DNA of 64,000 bases from Eledone cirrhosa (taxonomy: Eukaryota), in contig OZ024742.1 in assembly GCA_964016885.1 (NCBI GenBank), positions 251,224,001-251,288,000 of the forward strand. Direction: 5' to 3'. Positions 13,312 to 27,303 of this stretch are shown here, piece by piece. Numbering within the stretch: position 1 is the stretch's first letter; the number at the start of each line of letters is the position of its first letter. The position numbers were made by a program, and so were the translations under genes. The notes under the pieces are model-generated. The model was not told where the DNA came from. It did no database searches and saw only the letters and a program-made list of their open reading frames with translations.

Positions 13312-13947
13312 GCAGGTGGGTGCTATAGAAGTGGTTGATAGCTTCCAGTACCTAGCAGATCAGATTAGCATGGGAGGGGGGTGTTCTAAGGCCATAGTAT
13401 CTAAAATAAGGACAGGTTGGAAGAAGTTTAGGGAGCTGCTTCCTCTGCGGACGAAGAAGGGTTTCTCCATGCGTACGAAAGGCTGGTTATATGATGCCTG
13501 TGTGAGGAGCACGATGCTGCATGGTAGTGAGATTGGGGCAGCAACTGCAGAGGATATGCAACGGCTGGAGAGAAATGAGGCAAGCATGCTCCATTGGATG
13601 TGCAATGTCAATGTGCGTGAATGACCCAGCATGGATGTGTTGAGAGAGAAACTGTGTCTGAGAGGGATAGAATGTAGTGTGTGAGAGACGAGACCGAGGT
13701 GGTATGACATGTGATGCGCATGGAGGATGACCGATGGGTGAAGAAGTGCCAGGAAATGCCAGTTGAAGGAAGACGTGGTAGAGGTAGACCACGAAAAACA
13801 TGGGCAGAGGTGGTGAGAACAGACCTCAGATTGCTGAAGCTCACGGTGGAGATGACGAAGGACTGTGACAAGTGGAGAGATGCTGTGCTGAATAAGACCC
13901 GTTCCACCCTTGCAAGCAGGGAAAAGCAGACGTAAAATGATGATGAT
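13312..13947 (+). mobile_element. Decayed RTE LINE 3' fragment
   Basis: [25 protein letters not shown], (gat)n tail; stops/frameshift. Confidence 0.85.
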
Positions 13948-14108
13948 TGTCCCAAATCCCCCTTTGTTCGAGTTAACAAGGCGCGTGCTAACTGCTCTTT
14001 TTAGCAAATACCGTAATCGCTTATTGTCCCCCTTTACTACCCTTCTGTGACCACTGTATCACTTGTTATTTTCTCCCTCCACCTCTCAAGAATTTTTCAC
14101 TTGCTACG

Positions 14109-14546
14109 AAATCGTGTATAAATAACAGAAGGTAGTAAAGTAGTAAAATGTGCATGGTAGGAAATCCCTCTTCTCACACAGCCCAATACGGAACTATAAT
14201 CTTCTAGAAATACCTTATAGCCTCCCTAATTTTATCCTACTGGAATATGTCTACAACTATCTTATCAGCCCATAAATCAACCCTACCTTCGCTGTTACCC
14301 ACTACTTCGGACCAAGGATTTATATCTCTCATTAGCACTCACGATCTCTAACAGACGAACCTAATTCTAAGTACATTATTTTATTACTCCTACACCCCTT
14401 GAAATCTCACTTTCCTCTTATTATTCTTATTATCCTTATTATTCTTATGAACATCTCAATATAGCCCTAATATTATTCATCATGTTCTATATACCTACAT
14501 GGCACATTTTACTACTTTACTACCTTCTGTTATTTATACACGATTT
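14109..14546. repeat. 45-bp perfect inverted repeat with ~350-bp spacer
   Basis: 14109-14153 is the reverse complement of 14502-14546. Confidence 0.85.
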
Positions 14547-15063
14547 GTTAGTGATGCTGTGAAAACTAAACCCCCACGATTCGAACTAACAATCCCTACC
14601 TTTAGTATAGGCCACTTAAATAACGAATCTACAACTCTATTTAACACCACATAAAAACTATCATCATCACTAAATTAATCAAACGAAAATGTTTATCTGT
14701 GAAATAATAAAAAAATAAAAAGTAAATCTCTGGTTTATTGCTAGAATACCTACAGTACAGTGGATACCTCATAAATTCTGTCTCCAAGTACATCTTAGTG
14801 GTTACTGTTATCTAGTCACTACCCTATTACTATATCTAATGTACCCTATAGCAGTTTTCACATGTTAATTCCATACATCTGTGTCATATCAGTCTGTTTA
14901 ACATGCTAGATTCTCCATTATACTCTATCTCTTACTTACATTGATTGTTATTATTTTAATTGTCTGCTATCTAGTTATTTTATTTTATTATTGATATTAT
15001 TGTTCTGGTTTAATACCACACTTATATAAAAACCATGCCTTATGTATTTTCTTCATTTCGCCC

Positions 15064-15164
15064 GCTCTGATGAAAGAGACTGGTTATAAACAAAGTATTG
15101 GAGATTGATTGGCGCAAAATCAGGCGAACTCTAGACCTGCCAGATCAAAGAAACAATTGTCAGC
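15064..15164 (+). ncRNA. Hammerhead motif with ~76-nt stem II domain
   Basis: GCT-CTGATGA(15067-15073)...CTGG..CCAG...GAAACAATTGTC-AGC; palindromic stem III, GUC site, 3-bp stem I. Confidence 0.65.
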
Positions 15165-15699
15165 AATGTGAATAAAGCCCTTATTGTATAGCGAACCATG
15201 TCAATCTTCTTTCTTGAATTATTATTACTCCAAGTATAAACTACATAGAAATACCGTGAACTTGCAGTATCACAATGGAAACGTCTTGTTGAGTCAAACT
15301 AAGCCACACGTTAATACTATTCACTACAAGAACTACTCCAACTGGACTACATCTAAGTGGACTGCCATAACGATAACCTGTTATCCCGTATATATATGTA
15401 TGTATCAAACCCATGCAAGCGTGGAACATGGACGTTAAACGATGATGATGATGATGATATATATACATAGATGTATATATATATATGAAATGAAATGATG
15501 ATACATACATGTATGTATATATATATATATATTTATATATATGTATGTATATATGTATATGTATTTGTATATATGTATGTATATATATATATATACATAC
15601 ATGTAATATATATATATACAGACATGTAATACATATACATGTAATACATATATATAATCCACTAATTATCATAGCAATCATTCAGTCCTCCTACTCCTC

Positions 15700-17665
15700 A
15701 GGCCCATGAAAATAGCAAAATTTCACATGCAGCCTCCTTATCATCAAACACTAAATTTGCTGCTATCACTGTTGGAACAATGAAAGGTAAGTGTGGTGAG
15801 ATTGCGGAGATGTTAGAGAGAAGACAAGTAGCTGTGTACTGTGCGCAAGAAATAAGGTGGAGAAGTACTTCAACTAGGCTCATTATAGGCTAAGAACATC
15901 AGTACAAATTCTTCTGGGTGAGTAGCAATAACAGGATGGGTGGGGTAGGAATGCTCCTTATTGAGGTAGTCAGAGCATGTGACAGAACAATTAAACTTAG
16001 ACTTGCCTTGGGCTATACTTCAGCTACTATACTATTTGCATATACCCTGCGATCTGAACTTGCAGATGAGCATAAGGACCATTTCTATGAGGCCCTCCTA
16101 CAGGCTACCTCTATGACAGATGATGGTGATCTTATTATCACAGCTGGTGACTTCAAGGGACATGTTGGGAAACATCACAACAGATTCCCTAGTATATATG
16201 GAGGCTATGTTTATAGCACAAGAAAGGACTAGGCTTCTAGAGTTTTGTGATACTCTCAACTTAAATGATCTGCAATACAAACTCCAAGAAATAAACCAGC
16301 CACCTGATTACCTACCAATCAGGGGAGCATACAAGCCAGATAGACTTCATCCTCACCAAGAAATGGAACATGCAAATGGCTGTAAATGCCAAAGCCTTTT
16401 CTCGGAAGGTACATTCTTTCCCAAGACAAGCCTGGAGACACTAGAGGAAAGGGAGAAACAGGGAGCAATACAAAACAGCTAGAAGAGAGACCAGGCACTA
16501 GGTATACCTAACAAGGGCAAAGACAGAAAAGAAGAAGTTTGCACATGTTTTACATTGTGAAGATAAGTGGCATGAAGTATTTTGTATGCTAGAAAAAATT
16601 GTGATGTGGTTGGGGAAAAGTGCATTCAAAATGATAGGGGAGCACTGGCTCTATCTGATGCCGAAAAGAAAGGAGCATGGCATACTTAATGTGAGGCTGC
16701 TGAGTAAAGAGAATAAATGGGACAGTGAGGGCCCATTCCATGCAGACCCTATTGAGGACCAGCAATAAAAGTTAACAGCAGTGTGGTAGTTAAAGCAATT
16801 AAAAACATGAAGGTAGATAAGGTAGCTGGACCACCTAGTATAGTTGCTGAGATACTAAAAGCACCTGGCATGGTAGGACATGTATTAGTCAAATGCATAG
16901 TTAATCAAGTAGTACAGGAAAGGGTCATACCCAATGACTGGTGCAGCAGTATCATTGTAGATTGCCACAAGGGCAAACAAAATGCATTAGAGAGAAGTAA
17001 CTACAGAGGCATCAAATTCATGAGAGTTGCTGAAAGGGTTATAGCACATCTAATAAGGACAGAATCAAGTTAGATAAGATGCAGTTTGGATTTATGCCAG
17101 TAGGGGTACTACTGATGCGCTCTTTCTGGTGTGACAACTACAAGAGAAGTACTTAGTTAATAGCCACTGTATCTGGCTTTTGTAGATATCGAGAAAGCCT
17201 TTGACAGGGTTCCATGCTCCATAATCTGGGTACTTAGGAAGCTAGGTGTAAATAAATGGCTTGTGAGAGTCATGCAGGCCTTTATAAAGAAGCAACCAGC
17301 AGTGAGCATTGGAAATGAGTACAGTGATGAATTTGAAGTGCATGTCCTGTTTATCATTGTCCTTTAGGCCATCATTGAAAAGTCTAAAACTGGCATTCTG
17401 TGAGAGCTTTAATATGTCGATGACTATAGCTGAGTCCATAGGATAGTTAGAGACAAAATTTCAAGTTTGTTAGAGAGAGAAGACTGCACTGGTATGGACA
17501 TGTGATGTGTATGGAAGATTGAAGCTGCTTAAAGAAATGCAGAGAAACCCCAGTGACTGGAATCCATGGCTGAGGCAGACCAAGGAAGACTTGGGACGAG
17601 GTAGTGAAGAGTGACCTTAAGAAACTAAGCCTCACAACTGAGATTACAAAGGATCATGAGAGCTG
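15700..17665 (+). pseudogene. Heavily decayed RTE LINE (APE endonuclease + RT + C-terminus, with deletions)
   Basis: [45 protein letters not shown] motifs across frames. Confidence 0.85.
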
Positions 17666-18427
17666 GTACTATGCTGTGAGGATAAACGCAACACATACAA
17701 TACTATATGACCTGATCCATCCATGTGTCCTCCTCTCACTTCCTTCCACTAACACTCCCCAGCAGCTATCCTCACCACCGCTGCACCTACCATCCATTCC
17801 TCCTCAAGAACCACTCCTTAGCTACACTCCCCTCTAAAGCCCTTAGATACCCTCACTATTGCACCCTATTAATTTCTTGTGCATCCACCCACTACCACAC
17901 TTACCTATCCCTCCATACTGCACCCCCTACACTCTATCGACCACATCACCCACACAACTACGTCCCCTCTCACCATGCACTGTCAGCCATCCCTTCCCCT
18001 TACTCATTGCCCTGCCAAATCCCCACATACACCTATAACTTCATACGTATCATCCCAGCCTCAGAGCGATGGTACCACAAAAATAACCCAGTATACCTTG
18101 TATAGTGATTGGCAACATGAAGGGTACCTTGACGTAGAAACTATGCCTAAAAGGCTTGAGAGGACCCTTCAGTTGCGTCAAGAACATGACAACTTCCCTA
18201 GATCTACATGATAAAAGCATCCAGTACACTCTCTAAAGTGGTTACTGACAGGCATTGCGTCCAGCCATAAAAATCTTGCCGAACAAAAGGTGGGGGGGTG
18301 GGGACCCTTTGTTTGACATCCAGCCATAGAAAGCTCTCTCTTTACAACTGAAACATCTTGCATGTTCTGCTGGGTCAAATGCTGGAAAGTTTGTAGGAAG
18401 GTCTCAGTTATATCAACATTAATTGAT

Positions 18428-18606
18428 AGCTCTCATGATCCTTTGTCATCTCAGTTGTGAGGCTTTGTTTCTTAAGGTCACTCTTCACTACCTTGTCCCA
18501 AGTCTTCCTGGGTCTGCCTTTTCCTTGGGTTCCAGTCACTGGGGTTTCTCTGCATTTCTTTAAGCAGCTGCAATCTTCCATACACATCACATGTCCATAC
18601 CAGTGG
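18428..18606 (-). mobile_element. RTE C-terminal fragment, inverted close copy of 17487-17665
   Basis: HWYGHVMCMEDCSCLKKCRETPVTG..GRPRKTW; high nucleotide similarity by eye. Confidence 0.8.
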
Positions 18607-18800
18607 TAGATTGGCAGAATCGGTAGAGTGTCAGAGACAATACTTCGTGGCATAGTTACATCCCTTTAGGTTCTGTGTTCAAATCCCACCGAGGTTAGCT
18701 GATGGGGTCGATAAAATAAAGTACCAGTAACGAACTGGCATTGATTTAATCAACTTTCCTTTCCCCCAAAATTTCTGGACTTGTGCCTAAATCAGAAACC
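18605..18800 (+). mobile_element. tRNA-derived SINE family A (degenerate)
   Basis: tggcagaatcgg A-box, gttcaaatcc B-box, ggggtcgataaaataaagtaccag core. Confidence 0.7.
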
Positions 18801-19051
18801 ATTAATTGGACACCTATAAAACTTGCGTGAAAGCTTCATACATACTGATACCAAGTCATCCTTGATTACAAATGATGGCTAGTAGTTAGGTTTAATTTCT
18901 GTTGTATCTAATTTTAAAAGATTGCAGCTAACCCCATGGAATTCATATGGTTTAATTAGAAACAACCATCAATTATTAAAGATCAATATGACATATCAAA
19001 TAACTTATAATTGTTTGTGATAAAAAAACAATTTTCAGTATTGTTGCTACC

Positions 19052-19104
<53 letters not shown>

Positions 19105-20009
19105 TCAGACATTCACACAGACTTGCATACACGTGCACTCATACCATAACCTTTCCAATGTAACTAACATTTTACACAAAATACACAACAGCTTTAATAC
19201 AATAGATATAGATATATCAGATATTAATTTCTTAATCAGGCACAAGGCCAGTAATTTTGGGGCAGGGAAAGGTGATTATACCCACCCCAGTACTTCACAC
19301 GTACATTATTTTATCAATCCAAGAAGGGAACAGCAACAGTAACAACAGTAGTAACAATAACTTACAACAACATCAACAACAACAGTAACAATAACAACAC
19401 TAACAGTAACAACAAAAACAGCAGTAATAAAGGTTTCTGATTTAGGCACAAGGCCAACAATTCTGGTGGCGAAGAAAGTCGATTAAATCGACCCCAATGC
19501 ATTACTGGTACTCTATTCTATTGACCCTGCAAGGATGAAAGGCAAAGTTAACCTAAGTAGGATTTCAACTCAGGATGTAGTGAGCTGTAACTAAGTATAG
19601 CAAAGCATTATATCTGATACTGTCAATTTACTATAACAACAGTAACAACAACAGCAGTTACAACAACAGTAACAACAAAAGTAACAACACCAACAACAAG
19701 AACAACAACAGCAATAACAACAAGAACAGTATCATCAATAACAACAAGAACAACAATAAAAGTAACAACAACACCAACAACAAGAACAACAGTAACAACA
19801 CCAACAACAGTGAATCTATGCAATCAGTTTATAGTGAACAACTCCCCCATAAACTGAGTAAATTGAATCATCTAAGTTGGCAATTATCTACTGTAATTAT
19901 GGGGTGAGGTGCGATATTGTGAGGAATGGGGGGGGGGTAGAGTGGGGGGTAAGGTGGTATGGTGGAGTGAGAATGAGTGTGAGTGGTGACATTACACTAT
20001 TTGTAATTT

Positions 20010-22190
20010 TATTTTACTATATAACACTGTATTACACTAGGCACACTATATATCACACTATTACATTATATACCACTATATTACACTATATACCACTGTA
20101 TTACACTATATACCACTATATTACACTATATTCCACAATATTACACTATATACCACACTATTACATTATATACCATTATATTACACTATATACCACTATA
20201 TTACACAATGTTACACTATATACCACTCTATTACAATATATATCACTGTATTACACTATATACCACTATATTACAATATATATCATTGTATTACACTATA
20301 TACCACTCTATTACAATATATATCACTGTGTTACACTATATACCACTGTATTCCACAATATTCCACTATATACCACTGTATTACTCTATATACCACTATA
20401 TTACACAATATTCCACTATATACCACTCTATTACAATATATATCACTGTATTACACTATATACCACTATATTACACTATATACCACTCTATTACACTATA
20501 TACCACTGCATTACACTATATACCATTGTATTACATTATATACCACTATATTACACTATATACCACTATATTACACTATATATCACTATATTACATTATA
20601 CACCACTGTATTACACCATATACCACTATATTATACTATATACCACACTATTACCATATATACCACACTATTACACTATATACCACACTATTACACGATA
20701 TACCACTCTATTACAATGTATATATACCACTATATACCACTGTATTACACTATATACCATTGTATTACATTATATACCAGTACATTACACTATATACCAC
20801 TGTATTAAATTATATACTACTATAAACTACTGCATTACATTATATACCACACTATTACACTATATACCACACTACTACACAATATACCACTGTATTACAC
20901 TATATACAACACTACTACACTATATATAACTATATTACATTATATACCACACTATTACACTATATACCACTGTATTACACTATATATCACTATATTACAC
21001 TATATACCACACTATTACCCTATATACCACACTATTACAATATACACCACTGTATTACACTATATATCACTATATTACATTATACACCACTGTATTACAC
21101 CATATACCACTATATTATACTATATACCACACTATTACCATATATACCACACTATTACACTATATACCACACTATTACACGATATATCACTCTATTACAA
21201 TGTATATATACCACTATATACCAAACTATTATACTATATACCACTGTATTACACTATATACCATTGTATTACATTATATACCAGTACATTACACTATATA
21301 CCACTGTATTAAATTATATACTACTATAAACTACTGCATTACATTATATACCACACTATTACACTATATACCACACTACTACACAATATACCACTGTATT
21401 ACACTATATACAACACTACTACACTATATATAACTATATTACATTATATACCACACTATTACACTATATACCACTGTATTACACTATATATCACTATATT
21501 ACACTATATACCACACTATTACCCTATATACCACACTATTACAATATACACCACTGTATTACACTATATATCACTATATTACATTATACACCACTGTATT
21601 ACACCATATACCACTATATTATACTATATACCACACTATTACCATATATACCACACTATTACACTATATACCACACTATTACACGATATATCACTCTATT
21701 ACAATGTATATATACCACTATATACCAAACTATTATACTATATACCACTGTATTACACTATATACCATTGTATTACATTATATACCAGTACATTACACTA
21801 TATACCACTGTATTAAATTATATACTACTATAAACTACTGCATTACATTATATACCACACTATTACACTATATACCACACTACTACACAATATACCACTG
21901 TTTTACACTATATACAACACTACTACACTATATATCACTATATTACATTATATACCACATTATTACACTATATACCACTGTATTACACTATATACAACAC
22001 TATATTACATTATATACCACACTATTATACTATATACCACTGTATTAGACTATATACAACACTACTACACTATATATAACTATATTACATTATATACCAC
22101 ACTATTACATTATATACCACTGTATTACACTATATATCACTATATTACACTATATACCACACTATTACCCTATATACCACATTATATACC
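20010..22190. repeat. 20-bp (2x10) minisatellite CCACTATATTACACTATATA with 504-bp higher-order repeat
   Basis: Unique variant tgtattaaattatatactactataaac at 20801, 21305, 21809. Confidence 0.92.
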
Positions 22191-23265
22191 ACGAAAGCAT
22201 CAAAAGATCATATTCCATTACAAAAGATGCACAAAGATACAGTAATGGACTACAAATTTCAGAAGTCCCATTTACTGCTGAAATGGAAAACACAGAAAAA
22301 GCAAAGCAGGTAAAAGTAACTGCAAAGAAAGAACTGCTACAGAAACTGGCTAAGAAATGGCAAGAAAAGCCTCTGTATGGAAAATACCCAGAGCGAGCTA
22401 ACAATCCTGATGTTGACAAAACTTTAACCCATCAGTGGTTGGCATCCTCTGGACTGAAATCGGAGACTGAAGGACTTAATATATCAGCACAAGATCAGTG
22501 TCTGCCAACAAAAAATTACCAAGCCAACATAATAAAAAATGGATGCAGCCCATTATGCCATGTATGCAAAAAACAACCAGAGACCATTGACCATATAATT
22601 TCAATGTGCAGTCCTATAGTTCCAACCGAATACCTAAACAGGCATGACAGAGCTGCACAATACATACATTGGATAATGTGTAAGCATTTTGACCTGCCCC
22701 ATCAAAAGAATTGGTGGGAGCATCAACCACCTCCCATACTTGAAAAAGATCACATCTCAATCCTGTGGAACTTTAGCATCCAAACAGACCGAAAAATAGA
22801 TGCAAATAGACCTGATATAATATTGAAGGACTTTAAAAAGAGGGTATGCCTGCTAATTGATATGTCTGTTCCAATAGACAAGAATGTATCTATAAAAACA
22901 TTTGAAAAATTGAGCAAGTATAAGGACCTAGAGATAGAAATTGGAAAAATGTGGAAATTGAGAACTAAAACAATACCAGTGGTTGTAGGCGCTCTGGGAA
23001 TGATACCTAAGGGGTCTAATGATTACTTATCGCAAATCCCAGGAAACCCGCGTATAGGAGAAATACAAAAGATAGTACTAATGGGAACTGCCCATATACT
23101 AAGGAAGATTCTATCAATATAAGTACATCACAAGTCTAAACACTAAAGATGCATGTGTGAGTATGTATGTTCTTTCTTGAACATGGCGGACCTTGTTGTC
23201 TCTTGAGGTCACTGGTTGTGACTTGGTGATAACTCGTATGAACATAAAGCAAGATAAATGCAACT

Positions 23266-23303
<38 letters not shown>
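22190..23303 (+). mobile_element. R4/Dong-like RLE non-LTR retrotransposon 3' part (open 279-aa ORF 22283-23122) with (TAA)n tail
   Basis: CCHC knuckle CHVC..ETIDHIISMC, RHD, restriction-like EN RPD..LIDMSVP..KLSKYKDL, PVVVGALG. Confidence 0.88.
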
Positions 23304-23304
<1 letters not shown>

Positions 23305-23840
23305 GTAAACAATTTACCACATTCTGAGAAGTGGTATGAGCATAAGCCAGAGACGGTGATAGAAAACGATCAGGTCAAGGTGCTATGGGATTTTAGGATA
23401 CAGACGGACAAGAAACTGTAACACAGTAGACCTGACCTGGTGGTTTTGGACAAGGATAAAAGATCATGCCTGATTGTGGATGTGGCCTGCCCATTCGACA
23501 CGAGAGTGCAAGAGAAGGAGATGGAGAAAATTAACCGATACCAGGACTTAAAGTGGGAGGTAAAAAGGATTTGGAACTGCCATGAAGTCAAAGTGGTCCC
23601 GATTGTCATAGGCGCACTAGGTACTATCTCAAAAGGTTTCCAGGGATGGTTAAAGAAAATTGGCCTCGCCCCACTTTTTGGAACACTTCAAAAAGCATGC
23701 TTGCTGGGAACACAAAGAACTCTCCGATACGTCCTGAATATCTGAGGCTGCAGGTAGTGGCTTGATATTCATTTCAACAAACTTTCCAGTTAAATAACAT
23801 CAATGACTGAGAGTCAAAGAATAATAATAATAATAATAAT
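23305..23840 (+). mobile_element. R4/Dong-like 3' fragment, second family, copy 1
   Basis: RPDL..IVDVACP..KINRYQDL..PIVIGALG; (TAA)n on both sides. Confidence 0.85.
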
Positions 23841-24025
23841 TGTTTCTACTTTTGGCACAAGGCCAGCAATTACCCAGTGCATTACTGGTACTTTATTTTA
23901 TCGACCCCGTAAGGATTAAAGGCAAAGTCAACCTCGGCGGGATTTGAACTCAGATCGTAAAGGGACGTAACTACGCTGGAAAGCATGGCGTCCGACCCTC
24001 TACTGATACTGTCAATCCACCGCCC
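23841..24025 (-). mobile_element. Near full-length SINE family A
   Basis: Reverse-complement A/B boxes and core; (TAA)n flanks. Confidence 0.8.
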
Positions 24026-24047
24026 TAATAATAATAATAATAATAAC

Positions 24048-24556
24048 TGGTATGAGCATAAGCCAGAGTTGGTGATAGAAAACGATCAGGTGAAGGATTT
24101 TAGGATACAGACGGACAAGAAATTAGAACAGAATAGGCCTGACCTGATGGTTGTGGACAAGGAAAAAAGATCGTGTCTGATTGTAGATGTGGCCTGCCCA
24201 TTCGACACGAGAGTGCAAGAAAAGGAGATGGAGAAAATTAACCGATACCAGGATTTAAAGTGGGAGGTAAAAAGGATTTGGAACTGCCATGAAGTCAAAG
24301 TCGTCCCGATTGTCATAGGCGCACTAGGTACTATCTCAAAGAGTTTCCATGGATGGTTAAAGAAATTTAGTCCAGCCCCGCTTTTTGGAACACTTCAAAA
24401 GGCATGCTTGCTGGGAACAGCAAGAACTCTCCGATACGTCCTGAATATCTGAGGCTGCAGATAGCGGCTTGATGTTCATTTCAACAAACTTCCCAGTTAA
24501 CTAACATCAATGACTGAGACTCAAACAACAATAACAATAATAATAATAATAATAAT
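24048..24556 (+). mobile_element. R4/Dong-like 3' fragment, second family, copy 2
   Basis: Near-identical protein to 23440-23745; (TAA)n flanks. Confidence 0.85.
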
Positions 24557-25105
24557 GATGATGATGATGATGATGATGAAGATTTTGCGTCCTCTATCAG
24601 TTCACTGAATGCATCTTGTCTCCTGTATAAACTATATTGAAAGGAATGCCATAGTTTGACAGACAGTGAGTAGCCTAACTTGAAGTAATTCATGTATTAT
24701 TCATGGTTGCCATAACAGAATCATCTAACAACTGTGCCTGTCTGCTTACAAATAACCATCTTTAATACTTCTTTTCAATACTGACTTATATTAAGGCTTT
24801 ATTACCATATTTCTAATGAAAGATGCTGCCTATGATTTTTAATTAATTTGGAAAATTGTTAAGAATTTGAAGAGATTTAGTAATATCACTGACCTTCTTG
24901 CTATTATATTGGTGTTTGGAACATAACTTAACAAAGGTCTTTACATGAAATTATGACAGAAGGTGTTTAGAAAAACTAACTCTTTAACTCATTCATCATC
25001 ATATTTCTAATGAAAGACATTGCTTATTATTTTCAAATCCTTTTGAGAATAATCAAGAATTTAGAGTGATTTAGTAATATAACTGACTTTCTCATTATTA
25101 TGTTA

Positions 25106-25288
25106 TTGGCAGTATCGGTAGAGCGTCAGACACCATGCTTTGCAACATAGAGTTATGGCCCTTTACGTTCTGAGTTCATATCCCACTCCGCTGAGGTTAG
25201 ATTTGCCTTTCATCCTTATGAAGTCAATAAAATAAAGTACCAGTAATGCACTGGGGTAATTGCTGGCTTTGTGCCAAAAGTAGAAACA
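25106..25288 (+). mobile_element. SINE family A with 12-bp TSD
   Basis: TSD attattatgtta at 25094-25105 and 25289-25300. Confidence 0.8.
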
Positions 25289-25512
25289 ATTATTATGTTA
25301 GTGCTTGGGACATAACTTAGATATTTAAAATTATGATTGAAGATTCTGGATGAACACTTTAAAATAAACAGCTTTGTATCATTAGAACTAGGGGTAATTT
25401 CAGGAAGTTTACTATAAAAAGTGTTAAATACTTCATATAATATTCATGGTTGCCATAGCAGATCCATCTCGAGACTATGCCAGGCTTGATGGCTACAAAT
25501 AACCATCTTTAA

Positions 25513-25733
25513 CCCTTTAGTATTTACATTATTCTATATATACTATTGTATTTTCGCAGTAAAGGCTTTATCTTACATAATTATCTCACATAATATCGAA
25601 TCTATGAGATTTTGATATTATTTATTTTGAGAACAATACCTTAACATTAGTATGAGCAACCAGTTACAGCCAGTTTGAACTGAAAGAGGTGAGAGAATTC
25701 TGGCTGGATATAGCTGGTTTAAATGCTAAAGGA
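25513..25733. mobile_element. piggyBac-like MITE
   Basis: TTAA|CCCTTTAGTATTTA ... TAAATGCTAAAGGA|TTAA. Confidence 0.55.
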
Positions 25734-26610
25734 TTAAAGATTCTCCACAAACTCAGTAATATCAACACTATTTCATAATGCTTACCTTATTCCATCACAA
25801 TAGAATATTGGGAAGGTATAAAAGGGAAAAGAGAGAGAGGAACGAAAGAGGGAGAGAGTGAAAGAGAGTGCAGAGAGAAAGAGAGAGAAATTTCTAAACC
25901 ATCACGAATATTACTAGCATGGTTAGAATGATCTTATAATATGTCTGAGATGGATCTCTGTGTCTCAATAGAGGCTCAAGCCTTAAACAGCTGGCATGTT
26001 TAATACTTTTGATACCAAACTACCAAAAACCACACCTGGTCCTTTTTTCTTCACCCACTGGCATGGCGGCTGAGTCTTCTAGCATGCCTTCCAGCGAGTC
26101 CTGTCAGAAGCAACCTCTGGCTCTACAATACAACATTATTTGTTTGAAAGGATTTATATATATCTGACCCAGCCCACAACCATAACTTGATGTAGATACT
26201 CTTGTTAAATTATGTTCCAAACACCAGCTTAATAATGAGAAAATTAGATATATTACTAAATCTTAAATTCTTGAGAATTTTCAAACTTATTTGAAAATGA
26301 TAGGCAGTGTATTTCATTAGAAATATATAATGAAAAGATTAAAAATGAAAAAGTATTTTTTTTTCACAAAATCCCTCAAAGTTGTTGATTATTTCCAAAA
26401 TGATTTAAAATATATAATGCATTTCAATGGAAATATGGCCACAAATTTATTAGTGACATATGGGGTGTGTAAATGTGGGTGCATGAACATGTGTGTATGA
26501 GGGTGTGCAAATGTGTATGTGTTGGGGAATGAGTGTTGGAGTGTGAACATATGTGTATTTAGAATTATCACAGCAGTATTTATAATTAATATATGTGTGT
26601 ATGTGTGTGT

Positions 26611-26755
26611 GAGTCCTGGGCTCAATTAGGGGGTAACCACAGTAAATAAGGTAACCAATACATAGTAGAGTGTATACAAAATTTAATATAGAAATGGCTT
26701 CTATGAGACTAGAACTGTTTCATTTGAAGGCAATCATCAGGAAAGCCCTGATGAG
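26611..26755 (-). mobile_element. Hammerhead cassette, diverged copy of the 41067-41263 family
   Basis: Same tail, same core and same ...catcaggaaagccctgatga junction. Confidence 0.75.
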
Positions 26756-27303
26756 GGTGTGCACATGTGGTTGTGTGGGAATGAGTGTTGGAGTGTGAAC
26801 ATATGTGTGTGTGCTACTGCATGCGTAAGTATGTGTGAATGCATGCATTGGTGTTTGAATGAGTGTGTTTGTGAGTGTGTGAATGTGTGTATGTTTAATG
26901 CATGCATGGGGTGTGTTTAAATGTGTGCGTGGATTTGAATGTGTGTGTGTGTTTGAATGTGTGTGTGTGTTGATGTGTACATGGGTATGTGAATGTGTGC
27001 AAGTTTGAATGTGTATGTTCGAATGTGTGTGTGTGTGTGTGTTTGAATGTGTCTGTGTCTTGAATGTGTGTATGTGTTGATGTGTACATGGGTATGTGAA
27101 TGAGTGTGTGTTTGTATGTATGTCTTCACTTATCTTTCACTTGTTTTTTCTATTTTTTTCAATCTCAATCTTTTAGATGAAATAACAATAAAACAGTATT
27201 TTTTACATTTATCACATCATTTGAAATTAAATAAATCACCTTTTACAATTATCACCAGTCCAGCATCTTTTCAAAATTACTGCATCATTTTTTATATATA
27301 CAT

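Noticed and set aside
19877-22048. Tyr/His/Thr-rich ORFs
   Set aside because: Products of the 20-bp minisatellite
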